Source: Neoechinorhynchus agilis (lineage: Eukaryota; Animalia; Acanthocephala). Taken from it: 64,000 bases of DNA. Of this stretch, positions 12,560 to 24,329 are shown in pieces (positions within the stretch are counted from its first letter, which is position 1; each line of letters begins with the position of its first letter). Both the position numbers and the translations under genes were made by a program. The notes below the pieces were generated by a model. It ran no database searches. It was given only the letters and a program-made list of their open reading frames with translations, and was not told where the DNA came from. Where the stretch lies: positions 8,943,480-9,007,479 of the forward strand of contig CM121342.1 of assembly GCA_051530055.1 (NCBI GenBank). Direction: 5' to 3'.

Positions 12560-14290
12560 CAAATATCATTACAAATTGAACCAAGCGATCCGCCCGAAAT
12601 GACCCAGTAGGCTTTATTGTGCCCGAGAAGGTGACAATTTGACTCGGGCATTGAAGGATATCGTAGAAGCCTCGAAGTGCAACCCAATAATCCCGAAGTA
12701 CTCTTCAAGATCGGGAATTGCCTAAGAGAAAAAGGATCGTTCACCGAGGCAAAAGATTGCTACATAAAATCTATAAAAGTTAATCCAAGTTATGCGGAAT
12801 CATTTGACGGACTTGCTACGTTATATTGGCAATGGTGACGCCCAAGACAATCCTTAAATGCGATAAAGACAGCAATTTTGTTCGATCACTCTATTGATCA
12901 GCCGATATTTATATTCTTGACAAACCATTCGGAGTCGTGGACGCAAAAAAATGGGACCAATATCTTTAAAAGTTCTATCCATAAAGCATGTTTTCCATTT
13001 AAAATAACCTTTTTCAGAGCAATTTAGCAGCTCTTGATACATAAACCTGTAATCCTGGCTACTCACCAACTCGAATTAGAGAAAAAGGATCGTTCACCGA
13101 AGCAAAAGATTGCTACATAAAATCTATAAATGTTAATCCAAGTTATGCGGAATCATTTGACGTACTTGCTACGTTATATTGGCAATGGTGACGCCCAAGA
13201 CAATCCTTAAATGCGATAAAGACAGCAATTAGAAAACGTCCGAATTCTTATTCCCTGCATATGAGTATCGCTTATCTCATGCAATAAGAAGGTCTTGGGT
13301 CAACTAAAGAAATTTTGGAACATTCCGAGAAAGCCTTAACTTTGAACCCAGGAATCCCTGCGATTCATATGATGTACGTGGACGCCCTTGCATAATTAGC
13401 GGAAGATGTCGAAAAGGCCATCCTTCATTATAATATAGTCATTGAACTCGGCCAAAAAGTCCAAAGAATTTATATGCGGAAAGCAAAAGCGATGAGGATG
13501 ATATCAAATTTCCAAGGAGCAGTTGATGTCTACAAAGTCTCTCTTCGTAAATTTCCAAATTTTCAAGAAGCGATTTTCGGGCTTGAGAATTGTCTTAGGT
13601 ATACTTATGATTGGACGAATTTTACCCGCATGGAGAATTTAATTGTGAATTTTATTCGGAAACAGCTAATTCACAGTGGTCAGCAAACAAAGTGAACAAT
13701 ATATCAAAATCACAGCGTTCTTTATCCGTTATTTCATTCGGAGAGGATATCAATAGCAGAAATAGAAGCCAGGAAGTGCACCAGGAAAGTTGAATTTTCT
13801 CATGCGCCCGCATTCTCTCATTGTTCGAAGATCAGCACGGAACTGGTAAGCAAACGAATCCGAGTTGGCAATGTTTCTTCGGATTTCGGGGACCACCCGT
13901 CGTCCCATCAAATGCAAAGCATTCCTGGAACGCATAATCACGACGTGTTCGAGATATTCTGTTATTCAACAAGGCCTAAAAATCAAACGACATTTTTGTC
14001 AAGAATCAACAGAGGTTCTGACCATTTTATTGATATTTCTGGGATGCCGTTTCAGAATGCGGCAAATCTCATTCACTCTCACCGAATCCATAGTCTGGTA
14101 AATATGAACGGATATATGGACGCTAACCAAAATGAAATCTTTGCGATGAAACCAGGGCCCATACAGATAATGTGACTCGGCTATCCGAATACAAGCGGTT
14201 CACATTTTATGGATTAAATAATCACGGAAGAGATCGCAACTCCGCTGAATTATGCTGAACAATTTAGTGAACGAATGATAAATAATGAAC
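12560..14290 (+). pseudogene. OGT: O-GlcNAc transferase (TPR + GT41) pseudogene, interrupted by an ABCC fragment
   Basis: TPR-like repeats, then RIRVGNVSSDFGDHPSSHQMQSIPGTHN..FEIFCY...LVNMNGY...NEIFAMKPGPIQIM*LGYPNTSG..FMD*IIT, matching the OGT N-catalytic domain. Several in-frame TAA/TGA. Confidence 0.9.
12880..13078 (+). pseudogene. ABCC/MRP NBD1 fragment inserted in OGT
   Basis: RSLY*SADIYILDKPFGVVDAK...LLIHKPVILATHQLE (Walker B region); nearly identical to 21310-21512. Confidence 0.8.
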
Positions 14291-15230
14291 CGGGTTGCAA
14301 TCAAAATTAAAGAAGAATTTCAGCTCAAAAAATCAAAGAAAACGTGCAATGTATCAGCGCGAGGACGCAGTTCAAGCAATAAATTGGAAGCATCAAAGAA
14401 AAAGGAGCTTTCGTCAAAAAAGCAATGATCCAACGAAGGAAAGAAATCCGGTGATATGAAATAAGATAGCGATTCAAGCGTCTACGGCACGAATATTCGA
14501 TCCAATCGGTCAAAATAATTAGCTCTAAAACAAAGACTTTGCATCGAATAGCTAGAGGTACATTAAAGATGCCAAATGGACAAGGGAAGAGTGTACGCGA
14601 CCAAACGGAACATTGACTAACTTTTCAAAAAATATTATCAATAATCGACGACACAAAAGGCAGCTATAATTATTTCTGAGATCCAAAACGATCAGCGAAA
14701 TTCCTATAAGAGAAATTATTGGTATTATTTTGCCACATCCCATTTAGGCGAAATAAAGTGTTGGGCTCAAGATTTTCGTTGCAGCCATGAAAATAAACCA
14801 AAGAATTACTGTAGTAAAGTGGAAGTACTTTGTGGATAACGGCCGAGCAATCTTCTATTTGTAATTATAGTCAATCGACGCTAAATTTTTTAATAATAAT
14901 TTTTTGTAAGATAAGTAATTCTCAACAACGCTCGACAGAAAATGAGCATTAGAGAGCGTTGCGTGAACATCCAACGGATTTTTTAGCAGATAAATACGGT
15001 AGTCGGTTAATGTTTCTACGAAAAAATCGGAGAGCTTGCAACACAAAATATTCATTATCAACAACAAATATTTGTACCTGGCAAATATTTATGCAGAACG
15101 CGAATAATTGTTAAACGAGTTTTGTGAATTTGTTGCAACAAATGTCAACTTTTTGAGAGCTTTATCCGTGACGGTTTATGTTTATTTTAGACTCAAAGTT
15201 AAAAATTTCTAAATAACGACAATCTATGAA
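14290..15230 (+). repeat. Fragment of unidentified multicopy family X and its flank
   Basis: 14420-14760 aligns by eye to 54990-55330; 14880-15200 to 22900-23215. Confidence 0.6.
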
Positions 15231-15537
15231 GTTCTCTGAGTAACAAAATCCGCAGAAGTTTAGACCATGAGTGCATTTCTCGATCGATATTGATAGCTTC
15301 GAGAATTAACCCAATTTTTTATCGGAGAAAGGATCACAGCCTGTGCCCTCTGACAGCAACCTTCTTGGAAGCTCCCCTTGGATCGCAGTTATATTGCTAA
15401 GTTGTTGAGGTTCGGAGGATGCAATGTAGATGTTAGTTGAATTATTGTTCAGTTCTTAGCTCGGTTAATAACTTTTTATTAAAAACGTTCCTAACCTCGT
15501 CTGGTTCATCATCAGTTTGTAGGTTCGAAACGTAGCC

Positions 15538-15682
15538 TAGAACTGGTATGGACAAGAGAATCCAACTGTTTAATTAAAACAAAGCATTGCGATAGCTGTA
15601 ATCAGTGTTGCTGCACTATGACTTCTGCCCAGTGCTCTGAATGTTAAAGTGAAGAAACTCATTGAAGCGCGAGTAAACAGCG
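15538..15682 (+). pseudogene. Degenerate 28S rDNA fragment (region just upstream of the R2 site)
   Basis: agaactggtatggacaagagaatccaactgtttaattaaaacaaagcattgcga...ttctgcccagtgctctgaatgttaaagtgaagaaactcattgaagcgcgagtaaacagcg matches conserved eukaryotic LSU sequence. Confidence 0.93.
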
Positions 15683-16090
15683 CAGGGTGCCTCACCGCTC
15701 CGTAAATAGGAACATCCATCCTAATTTCTTTCACAAAGGAGATAAGCAGGGAGACCAGCTTTCACCTTTTCTATTTGCTCTATGCCTGGATTACCTAGCC
15801 AAATCCTTACATGATTTTAAGGTGGAATAACCTTCGGCGAGGGAGGAGAAGCTATCGTACTTCTTCTATGGAGACGACATCGTTCTTTTAGCAGATCAAA
15901 AAGACGATCTACAGAGGGCATTCAACTTAGCAGATGCTGAACTGAAGAAAATCGGACTGGGACTTAACGTTGCGAAGGACGCCACTTACAGCCAGCAGTT
16001 TTAGAAAACAGCAAGTTTGTTGCAAGCACTGAACTGGTTGTCAATTCGGAAGGGTGCCCGATTGAATCAATAATAGACGGTGAGAGGGTC
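15683..16090 (+). mobile_element. R2/NeSL-type RT fragment joined to the 28S fragment
   Basis: KGDKQGDQLSPFLFALCLDYL...YGDDIVLLAD...DLQRAF...LKKIGLGLNVAK. Confidence 0.8.
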
Positions 16091-16330
16091 ACAATGTTTT
16101 TGATACTTTTCTAATATGCGAGACAAATCTACTGTATTAACATTATCATTTATATTTTGCGGAGATAGTTCGCCAGTTTAGGGCGTGTGTCTTTTATGTA
16201 ATTTTCCATTGTGTTTGTTTAAAGTCTTAAAAAGGAATCACTTTCAGAAACCGCTCCCCTTTTGACTTTGGAAAGATTGATTGTTTAAAGCCAAAAACAG
16301 CAGTCGTCTCTTTGGCACTTTTGTTCGTTA

Positions 16331-16917
16331 TCAACTATCCACATTTTCAAAAAAGATCAATCCATCGCGAAACGTCAAAATATAAAAAGCCTGACATTCA
16401 AGCACATTTAACCGGAGTACAAAAAGGGTAATGGCCGTTTGATGCTCTGAATGTGGTAATATCTGGTCATCTTCAAGTCCGCAAAGGTAAGTCATTGGTT
16501 GGATTTGTTGAAATTCTAATTCACAATAAAAGATGGACGAAACATTAACCTCAATTATTTGCCCGTAATCAAAGGGAAAAATAGATACCTTTTCTGTTTT
16601 CGATTTGCCGTTTACGAGCATTGCTTTAAAACGAGAGAGCTAACGTCAAATGCGTAAATTTGATCATCCTTCAATTCTGCTCAATTAACGATTATTCGTT
16701 TCTGAATATCCAAGTATTATCTGTCAAACGCTTTAATATAATTCGAATTCACATGTCGTGCATCTTCTCTCCAAACGTGGAACCTGCGAGGCGGATCGCC
16801 ACGTTCTCGATTCTCAATGGCAAAAAATTCTTGATTATATTGATTTGTGGTCATTGTGTTCAATGAATGTACGGATCGATCAACCATTGGATGGCCTAAG
16901 GTAATTGAAATCATCAT
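16331..16917 (-). pseudogene. Extended Tudor-domain pseudogene (copy 1)
   Basis: DPPRRFHV...KVSIFPFDYGQIIEVNVSSIF....FQQIQPMTYLCGL resembles the extended Tudor F.DYG..E.V...F..LP...C.L pattern; stops present. Confidence 0.55.
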
Positions 16918-17349
16918 TTTGTGCTATCGGCGATTGCTCTCTTCTGTTCGTAATTAATCGGTCTTCAAATTGCATGCTTATTGATTGACTTTCGATGGAG
17001 ATCATGGGCTGAATCTCAAACAAATTAAAAGACGTAAAACCCTCGGAACTTCCATTATGACCGGCATTTAACTGGTATCTCAAATATTACGTATTTTGTA
17101 AATAAAACAGCGGACGAGGAAGTTCTTAAGATCTACTTTGAACTGTCTTGCAACTTTTCATAAATAAACTAGATCATGGCGCTGGTTCCTTGTGGCTATT
17201 AAAGCAGAAAATCGCAAGATTATATTTGGTCAATGTCACAAAAAGTGAAAATCATTAAAATTCGATAACACCATTGAAATCACCGACTCAGAAATTTCTT
17301 TTTAAAAAAGTCAGTTCTTCAGTTTTACAATAATAAAGCACAAAACGTG

Positions 17350-18649
17350 CAATCACCACCTCCGCAAAATTAGAGCTTCTCTCCTTCCTCGGCCGTCGCT
17401 ATCACGCTAGCCGAATTGCCTCGTTGTACTGAGAGCGAGATATCTTGTCGCAGGAATACACCTGCTCGTGCGCCGCCGGTCGTTTGTCTCAATTTATTCG
17501 TGAAATCCGGGAGCAGAGTGAGTGCCGAACTGCCAAGCGCTCCATACGTCTCTACTCCGAAGGGGAAGCAATAGTGGGCCCTTAAGGTCCTCTCCAGTCA
17601 GGCGGTCGACTAACCGAGAATGCGCACTTTCCAGATAGAGCTGCTTCACCAGTTGTTAAGGACATCATTTCCTTGTGGCCGTAGGTCTGAATGGTGCTGT
17701 GATTGGAGGCGATGAGCCGCATTTTGCTGGGTGGGCTCGTTCGTCCCCCGACGGTTGGGCGATGCTGATTTGCGCCCCTGTGTCGACGAGGAAATTCCGA
17801 CGAGAGTTTGCATCGAAAACGAAAAATAGGTCGCCCACGTTGCTGTTACCTGTCGCTTGGGCGATTATTGACGGCCGGCGAAGGTGTTTCCCGGCCGCGT
17901 TGGGGCCACTTTGTCGTTAAAGACGCAGGGCGGGACGCAGTTCCTAGCACGGTCGCCCCGCTTAGGGAGGCGACCAGTTCACGGACCTTCGTCGGCAGCT
18001 CGTTGATGAAGTGGTATAGAAACAGAGAATCAGCGGACGGGTACGAGTTCGGAGCGTACAGCGCTAGCATGCGCTCCAGGAGGCGCTAGGGGGTGCCGTC
18101 CTTGATTGTCAGCTCCACAATCATCGGCATCCGTCGGAATCCGGAACACTGAATATCTGTGTCAACCGATCGCCGGGCGGTGGAAGATTGACGACGAAAC
18201 TTCTTAGTCGGCTCAGGGTCTCGGCGTTTAGGGTTGTGAATACATAGTCGTACTTCGTTTGGTCCTCGGTGATCTTCCGGAGGTTTAATGTGGCATCGAC
18301 CTGCGAGAACCACATCGCGAAGTCCTTTGGTGTGAAGATTGGTAGTCTCACCGAACTGATGCTGATCTGGGCAAGATTGGCCACCGCCGGGTTCAGAGAC
18401 GAAACAGAGGGTGCGCTCCCGGATGAATTCGGATCTGCCCTGATGTTGTCGCCGGTTAGGTCGCTCGATGGTTGCTTTTCTTGCGATTTCATCTTTCGTC
18501 ATGGCCACCAATTTAGCGGCAATGCGCAATCAAGACGAAATATTTTATTATTCGCTACGATGGTCAAATATGTGTTTTCCTTCCTTCTGGTCGCCGATAC
18601 AAACCTCCTACGGTTGCACGTCAAGCATCGGAGAGAAATCGTTACCACA
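17350..18649 (-). mobile_element. Ty3/gypsy remnant: ~135-nt 5' LTR, PBS, gag and protease fragment
   Basis: Minus strand starts TGTGGTAAC at 18649 and has AATAAA; PBS-like TGGTGGCCATGACG at 18510; gag VRLPIF...MWFSQVDA...ITEDQTKYDYV; protease-like LIASNHSTIQTYG. No 3' LTR seen. Confidence 0.75.
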
Positions 18650-18704
18650 GATTCTTTCGTGTTTCTCATAAGACAAAAAACATTCATCTTTCTGTTCAAA
18701 GGAA

Positions 18705-19249
18705 ATGTCTGAACGAACTGAGAGGACTTTCATTCTGGTAAAACCTGACGGCGTTCAGCGTCGTCTGGTTGGTGAGATCGTCGGTAGATTCGAAAAACGT
18801 GGATATAAATTAATAGCCATGAAATTGATGAAGGTTTTTTTCTCTCATTTCTTTCCTTTACTCTTCGATTAGCCCACAGAGAAACTCGTTAAAATCCATT
18901 ATGAAGAACTCAAGGAGAAACCCTTCTATAATAAATTGGTCAAATACATTTTGAGCGCTCCGGTTGTCGCAATGGTTAGTGTCCATCATAAAGTTTTCCC
19001 TGATGAACGATTTCGCAGATATGGCAAGGCCAAGATGTGGTTACTCAAGCTCGTAAAATGCTGGGTGCAACAAATCCGCTCCAGGCTACAATTGGAACCG
19101 TCCGGGGAGACTTTTGCGTTAATACCGGACGCAATGTTATCCATGGCAGTGACAGTGTCGCATCGGCTAACCGTGAGATTGGTCTGTGGTTCAGTCCCGA
19201 AGAAATCATCGATTGGAATGAAACTGATCAAGAATGGGTTTATGAGTAG
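18705..19249 (+). CDS. NDK: Nucleoside diphosphate kinase, 3 exons (18705-18833, 18873-18974, 19019-19249), 153 aa
   Basis: Spliced product [25 protein letters not shown]...[22 protein letters not shown]...GATNP...GTVRGDF...[10 protein letters not shown]...WF...WVYE; GT-AG introns of 39 and 44 nt, both phase 0. Confidence 0.97.
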
Positions 19250-19600
19250 AATGATAACGAAAAAAGATTAAATATACTTGATTTTGCTCAAAAGTTCAGT
19301 CTGATTTGATGCAGCATCTTCAAGGAATCTTAAGAATTGAGACTTTTTTAAATTTGAAGCAGTTGGTTATTGCGGTTAATTGAGCGAAGCAAATTAATGA
19401 TCGCTTCTTTAAAAAATTAATACTGTGTGGATATCTGAGATTTCGTTTGTTCTCTATACAGAAACTAACCGTATTAACCGGCGTGGCCCGGGTTAGCTTA
19501 ATGAACAATGGATAATCAGTGTCCTACTATGAAACATTATCAAAAAGATGATCAAAATGAACATACTCGAATATTTAAAAACTTACTAGCATTGTAGATC

Positions 19601-19637
19601 TGACTGAAGAAGGCCAACGAAAAGGCCGAAAATTTTC
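19601..19637 (+). ncRNA. Minimal hammerhead ribozyme (PLE type), possibly degenerate
   Basis: tga-CTGAAGA-a-ggcc-aacgaaaa-ggcc-GAAA-ttt-tca; helix III is 1 nt shorter than in the other copies. Confidence 0.55.
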
Positions 19638-19774
19638 AATATAAATCAATTTTCTGAGTGATTATCGCTAAGTTAAATTGAAACAATAATGATTAATTTC
19701 TTTACAAAGAGGAAATAGTTTATTAAAGTTCGTTGGCGAATCCTGCCCCCGGTGTTGTCGTTACTCATTTATTT

Positions 19775-19814
19775 GAGAAATATTTCGCAAGGCTTTCCTT
19801 GCCTCTTCAATCTC
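19775..19814 (-). ncRNA. Minimal type I hammerhead ribozyme at the PLE 3' end
   Basis: Minus strand gaga-TTGAAGA-g-gcaagg-aaag-ccttgc-GAAA-ta-TT-tctc: perfect helices I and II, palindromic ATAT helix III. Confidence 0.75.
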
Positions 19815-19854
19815 TATCTAAAATGGAGATGACATAAACAGCACGCACGTCCGG

Positions 19855-20290
19855 TCACGTCTGGATGTAGCTCAGATCCGCGGGTTTGCTAATATCCAAA
19901 GTGTGGGAGGTTCGATCCGCACACACCCCTTGCGGTTTGTTGCCGACTAATTGGTTCGTCGTACTACGCAACTTTGGTAGCACCAGAGTGAAGTTTGATT
20001 TGTTGCCTTCCATCGTTGGATTCCCCCGGATGTGAATGGCCTCAAGAATCAGACTTCTTCTCAGATCCGGTTCGCTGGTTAGGAATGCCGCTTTTTCAAA
20101 ATCCACCTTGCGCTGGGTTGTTTGCTGGTGGTTCGAGATTGCTGAGGATTTGTCGAAAGTCCTGCAAGCCTGTTTATGCTGCGAGATCCGTTTCTTGATC
20201 CCTTGCAAAGTTATTCCGCACATGGAATTTTGTAGATCCCTGATTTGGTCTCTTGTTTGGCTTTCCTCTTGAGAATACCCGCAATGGATG
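19855..20290 (-). mobile_element. PLE GIY-YIG endonuclease 3' fragment
   Basis: GITLQGIKKRISQH...SAISNH...VDFE...ILEAIHI...TMEGNKSN, followed by the hammerhead at 19814-19775. Confidence 0.85.
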
Positions 20291-21512
20291 CACCGCGTTT
20301 GTTAGGATGGCGGACATATAAAAAGTACTTTAGGTCTTTAAATGATAATCCAAGGAATTGGAGGCGTTTAAGAAGTTAAAGTTTAAAGGACCCTTTATGC
20401 AACAAAATTGATATGTGCTTGTCCCACTTTAGATTTTTCTGAAAATGAAGATCAAGTATACGAACAGAGAAGACGATTGATAGGATAAATCAAATTGCGA
20501 AAGATGCACCTTTAGAAATTTTTAAATTTGGAAGAGACAAGCAGAGTTTCAACCGGTGAAGGGAACTATGTGGATAATGTTTAATTGGTCGACGGTGTTT
20601 ACTTTTTGAATATTTCAAGGGAACAAGTGAAGTTCAATTTTATCTGAAATTTCACTTTCCGCTGCAAAACGGAGTTTATCTTTCCTCTGTGGTCTTATTG
20701 ACTATGGAAAATCGAGTGTGCTTGGCGCAATAATAAACGAGGAAATGTCTCCAGTGGCGGAACATTATCTTACTGTTCACAAAAATCTTGGTTATTCAAT
20801 GGAACTATAAGGGAAAATATTTTATTTGGACTGGATTACGACAAGAGTCGGTATAAAGAAGTTATCACGGCGTGCAAATTGGATGAGGTACTTAACACTG
20901 ATTTTAAATAATTATTGCAATTTTCCTTCACATAAAGGGACTTCCACCAACTCGACCACATGGATTTTTTCGTAAAGTATCAACTGATTATTCTAAATCT
21001 TAAAAAGATTACTCTTAAAAATTTGAAATTTTCTGCTAGTATTTATACTTTTGTCATGCTTATAACCGATAAATCGAAATAAAATTTTGTTTGTAAATAG
21101 CGATTACGGAACTAGTTCACAAAATCTTATTAAAAGATAAATTCTGTAAATAGTACTTCACCGATCTAAATAGAAAAGTTAATTGGGAACGTACGCTTTT
21201 AGTAAATATATATAAAATTTCGCTTTAAGCTCTTAATAACTCCAATCAATTACTGCTATGATCAGTGACAGGGGAACTGGTTTAAGCGGTGGTCAGCGGG
21301 CTAGTCTCTATTGCTCGATCACTCTATTGATCAGCCGATATTTATATTCTTGACAAACCATTCGGAGTCGTGGACGCAAAAAAATGGGACCAATATCTTT
21401 AAAAGTTCTATCCATAAAGCATGTTTTCCATTTAAAATAACCTTTTTCAGAGCAATTTAGCAGCTCTTGATACATAAACCTGTAATCCTGGCTACTCACC
21501 AACTCGAATTAG
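20290..21512 (+). pseudogene. ABCC/MRP transporter NBD1-region pseudogene fragment (copy 1)
   Basis: Degenerate Walker A (GKSSVL), SWLFNGTIRE, GTGLSGGQRA signature, IYILD Walker B; many stops. Confidence 0.8.
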
Positions 21513-22195
21513 AGAAAAAGGATCGTTCACCGAGGCAAAAGATTGCTACATAAAATCTATAAATGTTAATCCAAGTTATGCGGAATCATTTGACGTACTT
21601 GCTACGTTATATTGGCAATGGTGACGCCCAAGACAATCCTTAAATGCGATAAAGACAGCAATTAGAAAACGTCCGAATTCTTATTCCCTGCATATGAGTA
21701 TCGCTTATCTCATGCAATAAGAAGGTCTTGGGTCAACTAAAGAAATTTTGGAACATTCCGAGAAAGCCTTAACTTTGAACCCAGGAATCCCTGCGATTCA
21801 TATGATGTACGGGGACGCCCTTGCATAATTAGCGGAAGATGTCGAAAAGGCCATCCTTCATTATAATATAGTCATTGAACTCGGCCAAAAAGTCCAAAGA
21901 ATTTATATGCGGAAAGCAAAAGCGATGAGGATGATATCAAATTTCCAAGGAGCAGTTGATGTCTACAAAGTCTCTCTTCGTAAATTTCCAAATTTTCAAG
22001 AAGCGATTTTCGGGCTTGAGAATTGTCTTAGGTATACTTATGATTGGACGAATTTTACCCGCATGGAGAATTTAATTGTGAATTTTATTCGGAAACAGCT
22101 AATTCACAGTGGTCAGCAAACAAAGTGAACAATATATCAAAATCACAGCGTTCTTTATCCGTTATTTCATTCGGAGAGGATATCAATAGCAGAAA
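21512..22195 (+). pseudogene. OGT: Duplicated OGT TPR segment
   Basis: Near-identical to 13079-13765 (same MRKAKAMRMISNFQG ORF). Confidence 0.88.
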
Positions 22196-22860
22196 GAAGC
22201 TAGAGTTTAATGGACCTTTTATGCAACAAAATTGATATGTGCTTATCCCACTTTAGATTTTTCTGAAAATGAAGATCAAGTATACGAACAGAGAAGACGA
22301 TTGATAGGATAAATCAAATTGCGAAAGATGCACCTTTAGAAATTTTTAAATTTGGAAGAGACAAGCAGAGTTTCAACCGGTGAAGGGAGCTATGTGGATA
22401 ATGTTGAATTGAGCGAAGATAAAGGTAAAGTGGTTTTACATAATATGACCGCAACGTGGACTTCTTCGGTACATAGAAAAGTATTTTAGTGTTTACTTAT
22501 TGAATATTTCAAGGGAACAAGTGAAGATCAATTTTATCTAAAGGAAATATCACTTACCGCTGCAAAACGGAGTTTATCTATCCTCTGTGGTCTTCTTGGC
22601 TGTGGAAAATCGAGTGTGCTTGGCGCAATAATAAACGAGATGAGCATTCTCGAAGAAAATGTCTCCGGTGGAGGAACATTATCTTACTGTTCACAAGAAT
22701 CTTGGTTATTCAATGGAACTATAAGGGAAATATTTTATTTGGACTGGATTACGACAAGAGTCGGTATAAAGAAGTTATCACGGCGTACAAATTGGATGAT
22801 GTACTTAACACTGATTTTAAAATAATTATTGCAATTTTCCTTCACATAAAAGAACTTTGA
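22195..22860 (+). pseudogene. ABCC NBD1 pseudogene fragment (copy 2)
   Basis: GLLGCGKSSVL Walker A, TLSYCSQESWLFNGTIRE. Confidence 0.8.
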
Positions 22861-23339
22861 CCCTGAAGATTTTATCAGTTATACAAAATCCTATCGACGT
22901 TAAATTAAGCAATTATAATTTTTTATAAGATAAGTAATTCGCAACAACGCTCGATAGAAAATCAGCATTAGAGAGCGTTGCGCGAACATCCAGCGAATTT
23001 CATAGCAGATAAACGCAGTAGTCGGTTAATGTTTCTACGAAGAAATCGGAGAGCTTGCAAGCCAAAATATGTTTTCATTGTCAACAACAAATATTTGTAC
23101 CTGGCAAATATTTATGCAGAACGCGAATAATTGTTAAACAAGTTTTGTGAATTTGTTGCGACAAATGTCAATTTTCAGATAGCTTTATCCGTTGCGTTTT
23201 ATGTTTATTTTAGAATTAAATATAAAAATCATAGAAAATCCTTGGGGATATCTGGGTTAGAATTTTTGTGAGCATAATCCCGGACATGCCATATTTTAAA
23301 TACTCCACGAGGTAACCTCGCCTCATCATTCATTGTTAG

Positions 23340-24000
23340 TTGGTTTTACAAGTGGCGACGAAGAGGTATTAAGGAAAATGTTTTTGCAACAGTCGTTTAT
23401 AAAACATATATTGTGTTCATGGGTGATTTTGGTTTTTGGTCAAATAAATGCCGGTTACCACAAGTGGCGACGAAGAGTTATTGAATAAAATATTGATGTA
23501 ACAGCATCAACTAGTGAAACAGTTGCTTAATTTGGACAATAAGGCGAGGAATGAGCGCGTGGTCCAATTTCGCCCGTTTGAAGAAAGCAAATTATTCTGG
23601 GCTACTTAGAACGAGCTACTCAACAACCATTTTGCTGCCCAGAACATTACAGATGAATCGACGAAACGGGACTTATTTCTGTCATCGATAGGACTTTCCA
23701 CATACCAACCAATTTGTTGGAAACGATGTCGCGTATTGCAAGTTTCAGGAAGTCATTGATCTTCTGAACAAACATTTAACAAGATGGGAACATTTATTGA
23801 CGGCAAAATATCGCGCTCAGTCCATGCGATAAGCGGTCGGACAAAAAAGCCGTTTGGATCGTTCAACTTAGAGAGAAAGCGCGCTCATGTTTATTTTTCG
23901 ACTAACGCATCACAACAGCGAAACAAGCGATTGATAACCGAATCAGAGATGAAACTTTTCCATGACAAAGGGACCGATTTAAGAGAATGAACGTTTCTCG
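23340..24000 (+). mobile_element. Ty3/gypsy (Mag-like) gag remnant with duplicated PBS-like motif
   Basis: acaagTGGCGACGAagag with its TGG at 23353 and 23465; LNNHFAAQNITDESTKRDLFLSSIGLSTY...FQEVIDLLNKH. Confidence 0.6.
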
Positions 24001-24329
24001 AAAGTTAGATCTCGGTGTCTTGGAATCGAACGCTAAGCACTTTGACTACTTTTGAACAACTTGATATGTTCTCAGCGAATGCAGTTGGCGGATATTAAAC
24101 AATTCAATTTTCTTCAGCTTCTAAGCTTTGAGTAGATTCAACTTGTTTATTTGATTTATTAGTTTCAACTTTTCTGATCAGGACACTTTAACGACGGAAT
24201 GTAGAATGAGTCTTACGATGTGTTTTAAAATGCAATTTCTCCATTTGATTGATCATAACTAAAGTTTTCTGTAAGATTTCCGGTATCTTCTTCGAGTGGT
24301 GAAACCTCAACACCGTTAAAACCAGATTG

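Noticed and set aside
15070-15090. tacctggca, resembling the U1 5' end (also ~23095)
   Set aside because: No U1 stems or Sm site follow.
15480-15537. Overlapping hammerhead halves on opposite strands (ctgatgatgaacc on minus; ggttcgaaacgta on plus), duplicated at 34192-34245
   Set aside because: The only same-strand fold needs GAAA changed to GGAA and a broken helix II; at most a dead PLE relic.
20460-20480. ACAGAGAAGA, resembling the U6 ACAGAGA box (also at ~22290 and ~28435)
   Set aside because: No other U6 sequence around it; it lies inside the triplicated ABCC pseudogene.
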